This document shows positions 11,701 through 24,700 of a DNA stretch of 64,000 nt, piece after piece. The translations under genes were made by a program, and so were the position numbers. The stretch covers positions 372,001 through 436,000 of the forward strand of contig CBFDEM010000025.1 of assembly GCA_965603825.1 (NCBI GenBank), given 5' to 3'. This stretch comes from Blepharisma stoltei ATCC 30299. Its lineage: Eukaryota; Protista; Ciliophora. Position 1 is the stretch's first letter. Each line of letters begins with the position of its first letter. The notes below the pieces were generated by a model. It was not told the origin of the DNA and ran no database searches. It worked only from the letters and a program-made list of their open reading frames with translations.

Positions 11701-11942
11701 TCCTTTGTGTATCCACTAAAATACAATTCGAGAATAATAACAAATAAATACCATAAGTACCATAACTGACGAAATTGCTCGAATATTGTTTTGGGAATGA
11801 AGTTCATTAGAGAATAATGAGCTGTTACAATCGCATTACTTTGAGATAAATGCTTCGAAACTTGGCTGTTCAGTAAGTTGATAGTCCTAATGTTTGCTGC
11901 ATTTTCAGGTTGCTTGCAGCTTTTCTTGTGTTTATCCGGCAT
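5742..11942 (-). CDS. P4-ATPase-like/guanylyl cyclase fusion (alveolate type), paralog 1, 2066 aa
   Basis: Uninterrupted ORF. NFIPK...EQF, EELGQIEYIITDKTGT, GLEDEV, LAIGDG..D.GMIQ.AHVGIG. Two class III cyclase domains separated by TM blocks (KIETVGKVYM...GDTVNTASRM; ILYADIAGFT...KVHTIGDCY...YDIYGDDV). Confidence 0.95.
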   Translation of the reverse strand: MPDKHKKSCKQPENAANIRTINLLNSQVSKHLSQSNAIVTAHYSLMNFIPKTIFEQFRQLWYLWYLFVIILELYFSGYTKDAIIDLVPFSAIFILRVLSDGYIDLKRHRYDNEINNLEFKSLSTEKIETKKSKNISVGDVLLINGNSKAPADLIVLCTCENKQEFHVDMTENIGEMQFDIKKPTKETRFISSSLGLYETMDELSKCNATIRIPEERPVKFSGSIKLRSNPKSTQLQECNYIKSGAKILNIDWIYAVVIYTNGDIKKNKKVIRRLSLLETRLNIVVFWMIAISLMLTFLSCMINIFGFSLKFGDDNLHFTINSILLFHRLVPPCLFICIKIFQLIFTLKISKKIPGIKFNTFDVCEELGQIEYIITDKTGTITSNNVLLPICILDGETYIRDRLKETEQYEESTSQRIMNVKNFSTFSDLKIELAEHKETFSPAYYFVMCMAVCNISGVVGQEVSNTFSIEDHAMAGASNELGVEVISRSNKKIKLDYWGTEVDLDIISSKGYSNKLQKSRIMVKDSFKGQNILYVKGRKAEMLRSFTASQSFRHYMENNGYETQMSGKKLIFVGYCTFTDVEIEEFKYSYKIAKASPVNSEGKIEDLFTNLELKLNFLGIIGLEDEVHEDTKEAVSLLSEAGIKFWMVSGDSEENSICTAISSKVIDSNTKIVMLNELTSELDCRLEMINLIKTTFANVNLPFNEEVSEESKESADDDDAAEEINLFATGTNHLEIRRMRRIPTIVSHLAHSKNVEMPTFEPPVCEFTDFSLCVDRSGLEYGLQSEENRKYFAILLCAAKSVCFYSLLPEDKTKIAGFLRYNFSYSPLFLAIGDGKSDLGMIQSAHVGIGLENSNFSHLPHISISKFSQIKELVLFQGHWNYAKISNVVLMIFFKNFLLVLILFFHCNASKSYGGSLFEPEMVAIYLFLFIMLPTVTVGIFDEDLERWQILKNPQVYSIYRQNLLLNYWSFLWIFLMALFQALIIYFPMYLIRTTDDQGFTLSLACMEWVLYFSMVGGSLLYVLVETRSLHKWTLLSYLISVISLVVYSIVLSNYDDYDNYGYLDVINGSPVFFLYILLTLMACFVIIYVRKTFRSLFVPILTDFIQSLKDFDLIIKLKSKAEIFKDNLDAIYKKTKYINQSTSTFEMSKWTLKFISKTREAEYMDEKKKVSSKTLRVPWLLLFVLIIGFLIDSYFKTPDQRAYLSFMCISIFIYCILITVVFSSYYEKYYKCIIIIIRTYTTVIVILLELVFEIFDPIVYTNISPLFTIGTSFFWFEMIVMSSISVPILTIVQIYAFIIEYSVDIGLIYAIEFMTILISIVLQAAVIGYFTEKSNRKRYVLMKKVEIEVEKSQQVLDVVLPAFVRKRVKDGIRYIAEDQGVVTVLFCEICQFEEIISAFPQSEVSYFIDDIYKKFDMVCESTGVAKIETVGKVYMACAGLTDSDAEMSASFNTVHHSRRAIEMGLGILGVIKQIRLRKPLQVKIGIHTGPVVAGIVGFHKPQFSLVGDTVNTASRMSTTIETPNSIQISEDTYSYLDDKSGLYFTKKLIEVKGKGTMRTFLVKSDELNDIKSGRRRTQGPAPLPNELKRLNTNSYNMAKNLFLTNELSPIVPTSGRKSSFHDSEFVDDTDYGIISAKLSSESPEPIKITSFIFSYSSKEAALRSQMLETNYPILVRSFLVLLFCNLTMTALSIAELFIDDHDVKYKFLDIFFYFAMFLAYGTLLFLFKNNYKSLTFAWVLRFTYSLSMIWTILINILQDDSKIEIIKEAYVLFMTLISSQCVCNFFKNTFLFTAFISAFHAAALLIIDPYYISHHVFFSIFFTIICLLIAYFRERDLRIFFASEEYSKKELKKTEDLLTQMMPPHVYHNLKEEVANTDSFNEVTILYADIAGFTLWSSYHNAKEVVGMLSELYTRFDRKCVENNVYKVHTIGDCYVAIGFLGTEERDPGEECLNIINFANSLNEIISAINQELFLNLGMRIGIHTGNIIGGIAGTSIVRYDIYGDDVLIANKMESSGVAGSINVSEATKNLIESYKPGMFTFNSHKAVEIESINRTVNSFLIVKN

Positions 11943-12196
11943 TATTTATAGTTTAATCTTAAATTGTAAACTTTCACTATCTTTATGGTTTAATTTATTC
12001 GACAGTGGATCAAAAAAATGACTTTTCCAAGATTTATGCTACACAAATTGCTCTTCAAAGCTTCATGTAATAAAATTTTAATAACTATTTAAAGTTTAGC
12101 TTAATACAACTCAAAGTATTTACTGACAATTTATAAATTCTGGAAATGAAAATGCCAGTTTTATTTTTTTAATCACTTTTCTTAAATTAGTTAATT

Positions 12197-15100
12197 TTAT
12201 TTAAAATTAATAAAATATGATTTAACATTTCTTTTGATAGCATCAATTTCGATTTCTTTGTTGAACGTAAAATTAAACATTCCAGGCTTATATTTTTCGA
12301 TAATATTTTTGGTAACTTCACTTACGTTGATAGATCCACCAACTCCATGGCTCTCCATCTTATTTGCAACTGAAACATCGTCTCCATAAATATCGTACCT
12401 CACTATATTTGTCCCAGCGATTCCGCCAATTATTTTTCCTGTGTGGATTCCTATTCTCATGCTGAGATTTAAAAAGAGTTCTTCATTAACGACTCCAATG
12501 ATTTCCTGTAGAGAGTACGCAAAATTTACTATATTTAAGCATTCGTTCGCTGGGTCTCTGTTATCATTTCCCATAAGTCCAATTGCTACGTAGCAGTCTC
12601 CAATTGTATGGACTTTATAGACGTTATTTTCAACACATTTTTTATCAAATCTTGTGTAAAGTTCTGAAAGCATCCCCACAACTTCAGAAGCATTGTGGTC
12701 TGAAGACCAAGCAGTAAACCCTACAATATCAGCATATAGAATCGTGACCTCAGTAAATGTATCTGTGTTAGCGACTTCTTCTTTCAAATTGTGATACACA
12801 TGAGGCGGCATCATTTGCGTTAGCAAGTCTTCTGTCTTCTTCAGCTCCGAACTTGCATACTCTTCTAGCGCATAAAATACTCTCAAGTCCTTTTCTCTTA
12901 GATAAGTTGTGGATATCACAATAACCACAAAAAACACAGAAAATAAAATGTGATGTCTTAAGTAGTTTATATCAATAATGACTAATGAGATAACGTAGAA
13001 TATTGAAATGCAGATTGAGAAGAGAAAAGTGTTCTTGAAAAAGGTGAAGGAGCACTGGCTTGAAACCAAAATCATAAAAAGGATGTATGTCTCGTTTATA
13101 ATTTCTAAGTTAGGATTGTTCAGGACAAGATTGGTGATTATGCTGTAGGAGATAGACAAAAGGTAACAGACTTCTAGACATCAAGCAAATAGCTTGTTGC
13201 GGTAATTTATTTTTAAAAACACCAGCAGTATCCCATAAGCAAAAGCCTCAGCAATATAAAAGAAAAAATCAAGGAAGGCCTTAAAGCTTTCATCTCCAAA
13301 CCACATTGTGTGAATCGCTTGAATCCCAGCCATAGATAAATTGCACAGAACAAAGCAAAGCAGCCCATAAAACAAAATCGATTTATTGCTTTCAAGCATC
13401 TGCATCCTTATTTCTTTTTCCTTCTCATCTTCATAAAATATTGAAGTAAAGATTTTTATAGGCTCAAACACTTTGGCTTCAGTTTTGCCAAAAAGGTCTG
13501 TCGCATCCATAACTTCCATCAGCTCAGGCGCAACTGTAGATGTCTTTTTAGCGCTCAGCGGGGTAAAAGATTTAAAATCGCTGGAGCTTCTTTTAACATT
13601 ATAAGGATTTTGGAAGCCACTACTTACTTTCTTTATTGGGCTTGTAAACATATTTTTTGTGGTGCTTCTTGCTTTGCAGCGCAGTATTTCTCCAGGTTTC
13701 ACATAGTAAGTTTTCATTTCACCTTTTCCTTTGACGTCGATGGTTTGTTTTGTGAAATGAAGGCCATCTCTTTCTTCCAGATGATGATAAGTAGACTTCG
13801 AAATTTGGACACGGTCAGGATCTATTATGGTTGAGGCCATTCTGCTGGCTGTGTTTACTGTATCGCCTACAAGGGAAAACTGGGGCTTATGAAAACCTAC
13901 AACTCCAGCCACAACTGGCCCTGTATGTATTCCAACCCTGACCTGTAGCTGCTTTTCTTTCCTCAACCTTACTTTCTTAGCAGCGCTAATGAGTCCAAGC
14001 CCCATTTCTATTGCTCGTCTTGTATGAGAAACCTCTCTGAACACTTGAGAAATTTCAGCATCGCTGTCATTCAGCCCTCCACAAGCCATATAAACTTTCC
14101 CTACAGTTTCAATTTTTGTCATCCCAGTAGACTCACACACCGTATCAAATTTTTTAAAAATATCGTCAATAAAATATGATAATTCTGTATGTGGGTAATC
14201 AGAAACTATTCGTTCAAAGTCACAAATTTCACAAAACAGGACAGTCACAACTCCTTGGTCTTCTGCGATATACCTGCAGCCATCTTTGACTCTTTTTCTT
14301 ACAAAAGATGGCAGAACAACATTGAGAACTTGCATGGATTTTTCCACTTCAATTTCGACCCTTTTTAATAGGATATAACGCTTTCTATTTCATTTTTCAA
14401 TTACGTAGCCAATAAGAGATGCTATAACGATAAGTGAAGCATAGAGAATAAAGAATTCTAAGCTAGCCACTACAGCATCAGAAAAATCCAATTCATAGAA
14501 AAAGTCATAGGTGACTATTGTTGTTGTGATTATTGAGCAAAGGATTGTTGCTGATAACATTTCGATTCACAGAAGGCTGGTTCCTATTAAGAAGAGCGGA
14601 GGCCAATTTGTATAAATTATTGGGTCAAAAGTCGCATAAACTAGTTTTGCAATAATTACGATCACAGTGTTGAATAGCCTGGTGAAAAATATCAGTGTCT
14701 CCAAATGCTGTTGGAAATATTTGGTAAAAATGGTGATTATCAAAATACTGTAAACAGAGACAATGCTTATCATAAATGGAAAATACTCATCAGGGTTTGA
14801 TACAGTGAAGTATGAATCAACAAAAAAATCAATGAACAGCAAGTATAATGAAAGCATGAGAAGTCTATATGACTTCATATTGCTGGCTTTGATTTCTTCC
14901 ATATATTGAGCCTCTCTACTTTTAGATGTAAATTTCAAGGTCAGTGCATTGATATCGAAACTTGTTTGGCTTTCCTTAAAGTTTTTAGTCTTTTTATAAA
15001 TAGCCTGCAAGTTGTTCTGGAAAGCCTCAATTTTTGATTTGACTCTAACAATAAGCTTGCTCTTAGTCATGTTAGCAAAATCAGCTAAGCTTGGGATGAA

Positions 15101-18100
15101 CAGTGAAGTTCAAGACTTGATTCCATATGAAATCATCACAACAGCTAGCTGCCCCATAATAACGAACAAAATAAGCAAAAATGACTCATTGAACTCTTCC
15201 ATATTCCCATACATTTCCTCCATAAAGATTGAAGCTATATTGATAAAAGCTGCTAGCAATATAATTGCTATAAAATGAGAAATAATAGTCCACAAATTGA
15301 AGGAAGCACTTTCTATGAAAATAATTACTGCAGCTGTTGAAGTCATCGCTATATAGATTGCCCATTCCAGAGTTGAAAGGTTCAAGGTAGATCCGTTATC
15401 ATTAATAATTTCAAAACAATAAATTGCAAAAAAAATCACAAATGAATGAACGAGTGCAAGTGCAAGAATTGAAATAAACTGAGACGTAGAAAGTAGTGTA
15501 TTATGTAAAAGAGTGCTATATACTTGAGGATATAATGATATCTGCTCTCTATTTAAGTCTTTATCCCACATCCCAACTGCCAATGCTGGGATCAGCGTAA
15601 AGACAAACAGATAGCAGGCAATTAAATATTCCCCAAAAAGCTGGTAGGAATAGGAATGGCCTGTAGTGGTATATCAAAACATTATTCACCCAAGTAAGAA
15701 GTTAGCAAAAAATATCATAAGGACCATTTTCGATGCACGGATATAGAACCAGTGACCATGGCACAGCAATAGTTCTTTCAAAAGCGAGAATTTTGCTATA
15801 GATATATGCCCAGAATAGGCTGTCCTTGTTCCAGTAATTCCAACCCCTACATGAGCCTTTTGAATCATTCCTACATCGCACTGACTATCTCCAATCGCTA
15901 AAAAAATTGGGTTATAAGAAAAATTGTGTCTCAAAAATTTTGCGATCTTGGTTTTATCTCTGGGGAGAAATGAATGAAAGCAAACACTTTGAGCCGCGCA
16001 GAGCAAGACTGCGAAATATTTTCTGTTCTCTTCTGAACAAAGCCCAAACTCTAAGCCACTTCTATCTACAGATAGGGTGAAGCCTGTGATATCATAGATC
16101 GGCAGGCTAAAAATAGGAGTTTCCAAGTTTTCAGGGGCAATTTGAGCAACAATTGGTATTCTGTGTTTTCTTTCGCTTGGAAGAACTGTCAGTTGGGTTG
16201 AATGTGTGCTGTGTTTTGAATCCATTTTATCGTTGGACATACTTGCAAAGCTGTCGTCAGGTGAAATCTGGCAGTGGTCTGTCTTATAATTGTTCTCTTC
16301 AACGTGGACTTGAGCCGTCAGAAAGTTCTTTCTGATTTGACTAATCATCCCCAGCTTACAGTCTAATTCTGAAGAGAAATCTGACAACCTCTCCACTCTT
16401 AAATCAGGGTCAAAAATTCTAGAAGCAACGCCTGCACATAATGAATTATCTTCACTGTCTCCGCTTACCATCCAGAACTTTATCCCAGCATTTTTAAGGG
16501 CTCATACTGTTTCTTTTGTATCCTCTAGGACTTTATCCTCAAGGCCTAAAATTCCTAAAAAATTGAGCCCACTTTCAAGCTTAAAAAATATGTCTTCTAT
16601 CTTTCCATCGCTATTCACAGGCGAAATTTTAGCAATATTATATTCATATACAAAATCTTCGAGCTCTGACTCATTTAAAATGCGATATCCTAAAAATACA
16701 GTTTTTTTCCCAGACAGCTGAGTCTCGTATCCATTTAACTCTATATAGTGCCTGAACTTCTTAGAGACGTTAAAAGATCTCAGCATTTCTGCTTTGGTTC
16801 CTTTGACGTATAAGATTATTTCACCTTTGAAGTTATCTTTTACGATTATTCTGGATTTTTGTATGTTTTCAGAGTAGCCTTTTAATGTAAGTATATCTAG
16901 GATGATTTCTTGATTAAAAAGGGTCAAAGTCGCTTTTTCTTTGGTCGCTGTGACAACATCTAGGCCAAGACTGCTGCTCGTGTCAACCATGGCTTTGTCC
17001 TCCATCGATCAGGTGTTGCAGCACATTTGTCCAGTTGTTCACGACTGATGGCACACGCCCATGCACATCACGAAATAATAAGCAAGTGGATAATCAGTTT
17101 TATATGACATAAGCTCTCTTCTAAGATCAAAAAAACTTTTACAATCATAATCAATGAACATTTCTCTCTCCGTCTCTGCATTATTATGAGGGGATGCTTC
17201 AGTCTCATACATTGGCCTGTCTCTAAGATAAGTTTCGCCATCCATAATACAAATAGGTAGCTCGACTTCATTAGATGTCAAAGTTCCAGTTTTATCTGTA
17301 AGAATATACTCGACTTGGCCTAGCTCTTCACTCACTTTTAAAGAGTTGAACTTTACCCCTGGGATTTTTTTTGCTACGCCATGGGTAAAATAAAGCTGGA
17401 TAAACTTTATAGATATAAGTAAAGATGGAGGAGTTAGCCTTCGGAATAAAAAAATTGTGCTTATAACTAAGCTTCAAGTGTTGTCTCCAAATTTTAAGCC
17501 ATACACAAAAATATTGAGTATCACTGAAACTACTATCATGATTGATGCAAGAATCGCGACAATAATAACCATTTTGTTTAATTTTTTTTCTAAAAGGGAC
17601 AGATGGGCATATCTTCGCTTGAATTTCTTTATTTCTCTGTGTGTGTAAACAACTACTCCGATAACTCATTCAATTTCCAGTATTTTGGAGCCACTTTTAA
17701 TATAATTCATTTCGCTTAACGAAGTAGGTTTTGGACCAGTCCTCAATCTAATAGAACCCCAAAACTTAAAGCTTGGACTCTCTGGAACCTTAATCACAAC
17801 ATTAAGTTTATTTAATTCACTCACAATTTCGCACAAATCAAGGGACTTCAGTATTATTTTTGTTTCCCTTGCAGGTTTTTTTGGATCATATTGGACTTCT
17901 CCTATTATATCTGTAACATCTACATAGAACTTGGTCTTATTTTCCCAAGTACAAATAACTATCATATCTGCAGGTGCTTTTTGGTCCTTATGAAGAACTA
18001 TAACATCACCTACACAGATGTTTTTATTTTTCTTAATAATTTCGCCATCATTTGTCAAAACTTTGAATTCTCGGTTATTTATTTCATTATCAAACTTATG

Positions 18101-18421
18101 CCTTCGCAAGTCATGAAATCCGTCTGAACTGATTCTTATTAGAAGAATTATGCAAAAAGGAAACACATCTGTAAATGATTTCTCAATAGAGCTTGAATAG
18201 GTCAAATCTAGGATCAGAATAAGCAAAAACCAAGAGTACCAGAGCTGGTGAAATTGCTCAAAAACATTTTTAGGGATAAAATTTCAAAAATTATAACGGG
18301 CTGTGGTTATTTCGTTATTTCGAGATCAATGCTTTGAGAAATTGCTGTTCAGCAGGTGGATTGTTCTGACGTCTTTCGGCTTGTCTTTTGGGTTAATATT
18401 TAAGTTGTGGAGGTTGTGCAT
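12197..18421 (-). CDS. P4-ATPase-like/guanylyl cyclase fusion, paralog 2, about 2074 aa (about 13 in-frame TGA=Trp)
   Basis: Eight ORF-track fragments share one frame and are separated only by TGA. ATG at 18419-18421. Colinear with paralog 1 throughout. Confidence 0.92.
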
Positions 18422-18765
18422 ATTTTATTTAATAGATAGATATGCATTTGAAGTAATTGGAATTTTGTTTACTTATAAAGAGTATAGCTCAAGAATCTAG
18501 CCAGGTTAAACTAAACAGAAGCCAGATTTTTGAAGGTTTATCTATTTAGTAATATTATAAAAAGTTTTGTAGAGGTATATCAGAATAATATAAGAACGTT
18601 TTTCTCAAATTAACTTTTAATCTCAAAAAATAGTTTCCGTTTTTACTGAACATCATAAGTCTTAAAACAGAGTAAAAGTTTTAAATTATTTTTAAAGGCT
18701 TTCTTATAAGTTACTTAGCAAGGTAGGCGACTGATTCAGATTATGATAATTTTTGAATGACAAAA

Positions 18766-21700
18766 TTATTCATAATTTGAAATTATTAGAAAAGTTTTAA
18801 TGGACCTTCCTATTGTGTCGATTTCAAGCTCTTTGTGTAGTTCAAAATTGAACATTCCTGGCCTATAGCTTTCAATCAGATTCTTTGTGACTTCGCTGAC
18901 GTTGATAGATCCAGGGACTCCGCTGCTTTCCATTTTATTTGCAACAAGCACATCATCCCCATAAATATCATACCTAACTATATTAGTTCCGACAATCCCT
19001 CCTATGATTTTTCCAGTATGCACTCCAATCCTCATTGAAAGTGTCAATGCTAGCTCGTCATTTACATCATCTATAATTGCATTCAGAGACTGTGCAAAAT
19101 TTATCACATTCAGGCACTCTTTTGCAGGGTCTCTGCTTTCGTTTCCCACAAATCCAATAGCGACATAGCAATCTCCAATTGTATGAACTTTATAGACGTT
19201 ATTTTCCACACATTTTTTGTCAAATCTTGTATAGACTTCAGAAAGCATGCCAATAACTTCGCTAGCATTATGGTCTGATGACCATGCAGTAAAGCCAGCA
19301 ATATCTGCATACAAAATGGTGACATCTGTAATAGTGTCTGTGTTGGCTACTTCTTCTTTTAAATTGCGATACACATGGGGCGGCATCATTTGCGTAAGCA
19401 AATTTTCTGTTTTTTTGAGCTCTTTGTTGGCGTATTGCTCTAAAGCGAAAGAAATCCGCAAGTCGTCTTCTCTGTGGTATGATGTAATTAAGGAAACAGC
19501 GATAAAAAATACTGTGAACTCAATATGATAGCGGAGGTAATTTCAATCAATTACAATTAAGGAAATAATATGAAGGAGAGACACCAATATGGATCCAAGA
19601 AAAGTATTCTTGAAAAAACTGCATGAGCATTGGTTTAATGCTAAGATCATAAAAAGTGCGTATGATTCTACAACAATTTCTTCATAAATATCTTTAGCTT
19701 CAATGTTGAGCAAGACAATCCAAATGATTGCAGCTAAATAAAAAAACTGTAAAATCCACCCAAATCAGTACTTTTTGAAATTGTTTTTCAGAAACACTAA
19801 AAGTCCACCAAAAATCAAGGATTGGATTGCATAAAAGATTGTATAAAGGTAAAAATTATCTTCATCTGGCTCTAATGCTGCATACAAACAGCTGAATACC
19901 ATTAGCAATAAGTTGCAAATTGTAATAATTAGGATCCCCGCAAAATAAATTGGGTAGCTGCTTTCTGTCATTTGTATCCTTAACGCTTTTTCTTTTTCAT
20001 TTTCAAAGAATCTTCAGGAAACCAGCTTGACAGGCTCTATAATGTTGGACTCTTTTCGTTCGAAAAGCATGTTGGGATCTTCCAATTCGAGCTCTGAAAA
20101 CACAATTGACTGTCTTCTCATCGTTGAAGACCGAACATGTGGCGGCTCAGTGTTTCTTTTGGGAGAATGGTTTTCAGTTGTTCCTAAATGGGTTGGCATT
20201 GAAGCAAAGTGGTAAGGAGGGTGGTGGCCTGAACGTGTTTCTTGAAATCCGACTTTGACATAATGAGTTTTCATGTATCCTTTGCCTTTGACTTGAATTG
20301 TTTGGGTTCTGAATGATAAACCAGTTTTATCACTGAGATTCTGGTAAGTCTCATCAGAGATTTGAATTGTATCGGGCACAATAATAGTTGAAGCCATTCG
20401 GCTTGCTGTGTTTACAGTATCCCCTACAAGAGAAAACTGAGGCTTATGAAATCCTACGACCCCAGCTACAACTGACCCTGTATGAATTCCAATTTTTACT
20501 TGCAAAGCTTTCCCTTTCCTAAGTCTTATCTTTTTTGCAGCACTTATAATTCCTAAGCCCATTTCCACAGCTCTCCTTGAGTGAGAAACAGCTCTCATAG
20601 ACGCAGACAGCTCCTGCTCACTATCATTCAGCCCTGCGCAAGCCATATACACTTTTCCTACAGTTTCAATTTTAGTGACTCCAGTTGACTCACATACTGC
20701 ATCGAATTTTTTGTAAATATCATCAATAAAATACGATATTTCTGTATTAGGATAAGCTGAAATTATTTCTTCGAAATCACAAACTTCACAAAAAATGACA
20801 GTCACCATTCCTTGGTCTTCTGCTATATACCTGCATCCATCTTTGACTCTTTTCCTTACAAAGGCAGGTAAGACAACATTGAGGACGTGCTGAGATTTTT
20901 CGACTTCAATTTCTACTTTCTTCATGAGCATGTACCTTTTTCTATTCGATTTTTCTGAATAATACGCTACAAAAGATGAAAAAAGAGAAATCGATATGAA
21001 TAGAACTGAAAATTGCAGAGAAAGGATTAAGGCTTTTGAGCTTGGCACGTTTTGAAATATATAATAGATTTCGATGGCTATCATTACAGGTGCGCCAGCT
21101 GCAGAAATGATAACCATTTCAATTCAAAAAATACTTGTGCCAATTACAAACAGCGGAGGTCAGCTTAAAAAGACAATAAAGTCAGTTGTATTGTAAAGAA
21201 ATGTACAGAGGATTAATATAACTACACAAAAGCCGCGTGTTGAAATTATTACAGCTTTCTGGCTCGTCTGGAAATACCTTGAAAAAATGATGCATATTAT
21301 GGCTGCGAAAATTAAGATATTTATAATCATAAAATAAAGGTAGTTGCGTTTATTGCTGACGTCGAAATACAATTCTATTAAATAGTTGATGAGTAAAATG
21401 TCAAGCATAAAGACTAGAAGCTTATATATTTTTGTACGGTTTCCTTTATTATCGTCAAGATATTGCACTTCTCTCATTTCTGATATAAATTTCATTGTGA
21501 TTTTATTGAGATCAAATGTATCATTGAGCTGATTCGTATTTTTCGTTTTCTTATAAATAGCTTCCAAGTTTTGCTGAAAAATTTCAAATTTTGATTTAAT
21601 TTTGACTGATAAATCAAAATTTTTCATTGCCTTAACGAAATCAACCAAAGTGGGCTGAAATAATCCGACACCAATTTTCCATGTATACAAAATCAAATAA

Positions 21701-24700
21701 TTAAGCCCTAAAGCCCACAAAATATAAAAATAATAGAAAGGAGAATTGTTGAAGACCTCAAGAGCTCCTGAAATATCATTTTCATTAAACCAAGACTCAA
21801 GAGTGCTATAAAGAACCAGAAATCCTATCGAGATAATGTGAGAAATGACTATCCATCAGTTGTAAGCTTGAGTTTCATTGATAATAAATAACAGAGAAAC
21901 CCCAGTGACTATAAAATAAAGCAGCCATTCAATCATAGCTAAACTGGTTGTTGTTCCTTCACTATCTGTGCTAGTAATATACAAAATAGGAATATAAATT
22001 ACTACTGCTTGCATAAATGAAATTATAACAAGATACAGAAACTGCCACAACGATAGCAGCGCATTTTTCATGTAAATACTGTACACTTGTGGGTATTTTT
22101 CTACTTGATCTCTATCTAAATCTTCATCAAAAATTCCAACTATCAGCTTTGGTATCATTGTGAAAAATAAAAGATAAGCAGCTATCATCCCTTCTCCAAA
22201 CAGCTCATAACCGTATGATTTTCCAACTACGCAATGCAGAAACATCAGGAAAACCAAGATAAAATTCTTGAAAAAAATTATAAATACCATGCCTGACATC
22301 TTTAAATAATTCCAACGCCCTTGGAATAAAAGCAGTTCTTTTAGCTGTGAAAATCGAGTAATTGATAAATGCCCTGCATGGGCAATGCTTGAATTAACTA
22401 TCCCAACCCCTATGTGGGCTTCTTGAATCATCCCAAAATCACTATGTCCTTCTCCGATTGCAAGAAATGTAGGACTATATGAAAAATTGTGCCTTAAAAA
22501 TTTTGCGATTTTTGTTTTATCTTCTGGCAGGAGTGAATAAAAGCATACACTTCGGGCTGCTGCCAATAAAATAGCAAAATATTTTCTGTTTTCTTCTGAG
22601 CTCAGTCCAAAATTCAAAGCCGTTCTATCCACACATAAATTAAAGTCTATTAATTCATGAACAGAAGGCTTAAAAATAGGTATCTTTATTTCAGTTCCTG
22701 CCAGTTGTGACACAATTTTTGGAATTCTGTGCAAGCGATGTGTCTGCAATTCACTTTTAGCAGTCGAGTTGCTGCTGTTCTGTTTGGGCTCTTCATCATA
22801 TGAACTACTTGCAAGGTTTTCATCTAAATTCCGATAGCCTTGATTGATATCCATACTGTGATTTTGAACTGAGATGTCAAGATTAATAAAATTGGTTTTA
22901 ATTTGATTGACAATTTCAAGCATACAATCCATTTCTGAGGTAATTTCTGATAGTTTGACCATTTTGATGTCAGGGTCGACCAATTTTGCAGAAATGCCTG
23001 CGCAGATGGAATTTTCTTCACTGTCTCCGCTCAGCATTCAGAATTTAATTCCTGCATTTGATAAGGTGGTGACTGTTTCTTTTGTATCGTCAAAAACTTT
23101 ATCTTCAAGCCCAATGATCCCTAAAAAACTTAACCCAGATTCCAAATCAGAAAAAATGTCATCAATTTTGCCTTCACTGTTTATAGGTGAGAGCTTAGCT
23201 ATTCTATGCTTATATGTAAACTCTTCCACCTCTTCCTCTTTCAATATTCTGTACCCTAAATAAAATAACTTTTTCCCATTTAATTTGCTCTCATACCCGT
23301 TATTTTCTAAATAATGCTTAAAGTTTGGAGAAACCACAAGCGACTTCAGCATCTCTGACTTAGTCCCTTTGACATACAAAATAATTTCATTTTTGAAAGA
23401 ATCTTTCACAATAATCCTTGACTTATGAGATTTTTCTGAGTAGCTTTTATAGCTCATTATCTGTAAAATAACATCGCTTTCAAAGCAGCTTAAATTGATG
23501 ATTTTATTGGACCTTGAATTTAGACTGATCCCTAAGTCATAGCTTGCTTCAATCATGGCTTCATCCTCTATAGATAAAGTATTGCAATCCATTTCTTCTG
23601 ATGTATTTGACTGATTGCATATAGCCATGCACATTACGAAATAGTAAGACAAAGAAAAATCGTCCTTTGAGCCTCGCAATTCATCTCTTAGGTCAGAAAA
23701 AGTACTGAAATTAATAGAGTCTAATAAGGCTTTGCTGTTTTCATTTTGATGATGCTTTGGGGATTCCCTCAAATAGGTCACTCCATCTAAGACAAAAATG
23801 GATATGTGGACATCGTTTGCTGTGAGTGTTCCTGTCTTGTCTGTTAAAATATATTCTATCTGTCCTAATTCCTCGCAAAATTCTAAGCTATTAAACTGCA
23901 CTCCAGGATTTTTTTTCGAAAATTTCAAAATTGAAATAAATTGAATAACTTTGATGCATAATAGAAGAGACGGAGGAACAAGTCTATGGAAAAGCAAAAT
24001 AGCATTAATTGTGAATTTTTGAGCTGTATCATTAAACACCATTCCAAAGTCATAAATGCAGATCATCGAGCTCAAAAATACTAAAAATAAGGTTAATAGC
24101 ATCATACAAAATACAACCCTATTGGTGCTTCTTTCAAAAAGCGATGAAGAGTATATGGCGTGCTGGTGCTGCTTTAATTCTGAGTTAGTATAGATGACTG
24201 TTCCATAAATCCACGCGATTCCCAGGATTTTCGCCCCACTTTTAATATAATTCATTTCTCTTAGCTCGATTGACTTGGGATTTGTTTTCAACTTAATTGA
24301 TCCACACGCTTTACAGCTAGGGTCTTCAGGGACCTTAATGGTTGCCGAATATTTCGACAGCTCATTAACAGTCTCCAAAATATCATTTGAATTAGAAGCC
24401 ACACGCGTTTCTTTTATCGGCTTTTTTATATCAAATTGGGCTTCTCCTGTGATATCAGTCATGTCTACGTGAAACTTTTGTTTGTAATTGCTAGTGCATA
24501 GGATAATCATATCTGAAGGGGCAATATCGTTTCGCTTGAGCAAAATCAAGTCCCCTACGCAGATATCTTTGCTTTTCTTATTTATGTCGCCGTCGCTGGT
24601 TAATACTCTATATTCTCGGTTGTTTAACTTATCGTCAAAGTCATGCCTTCTTTTATCAAAGTACCCATCTGACAAAAGTCTGGAAAGAATTAAAATGCAA

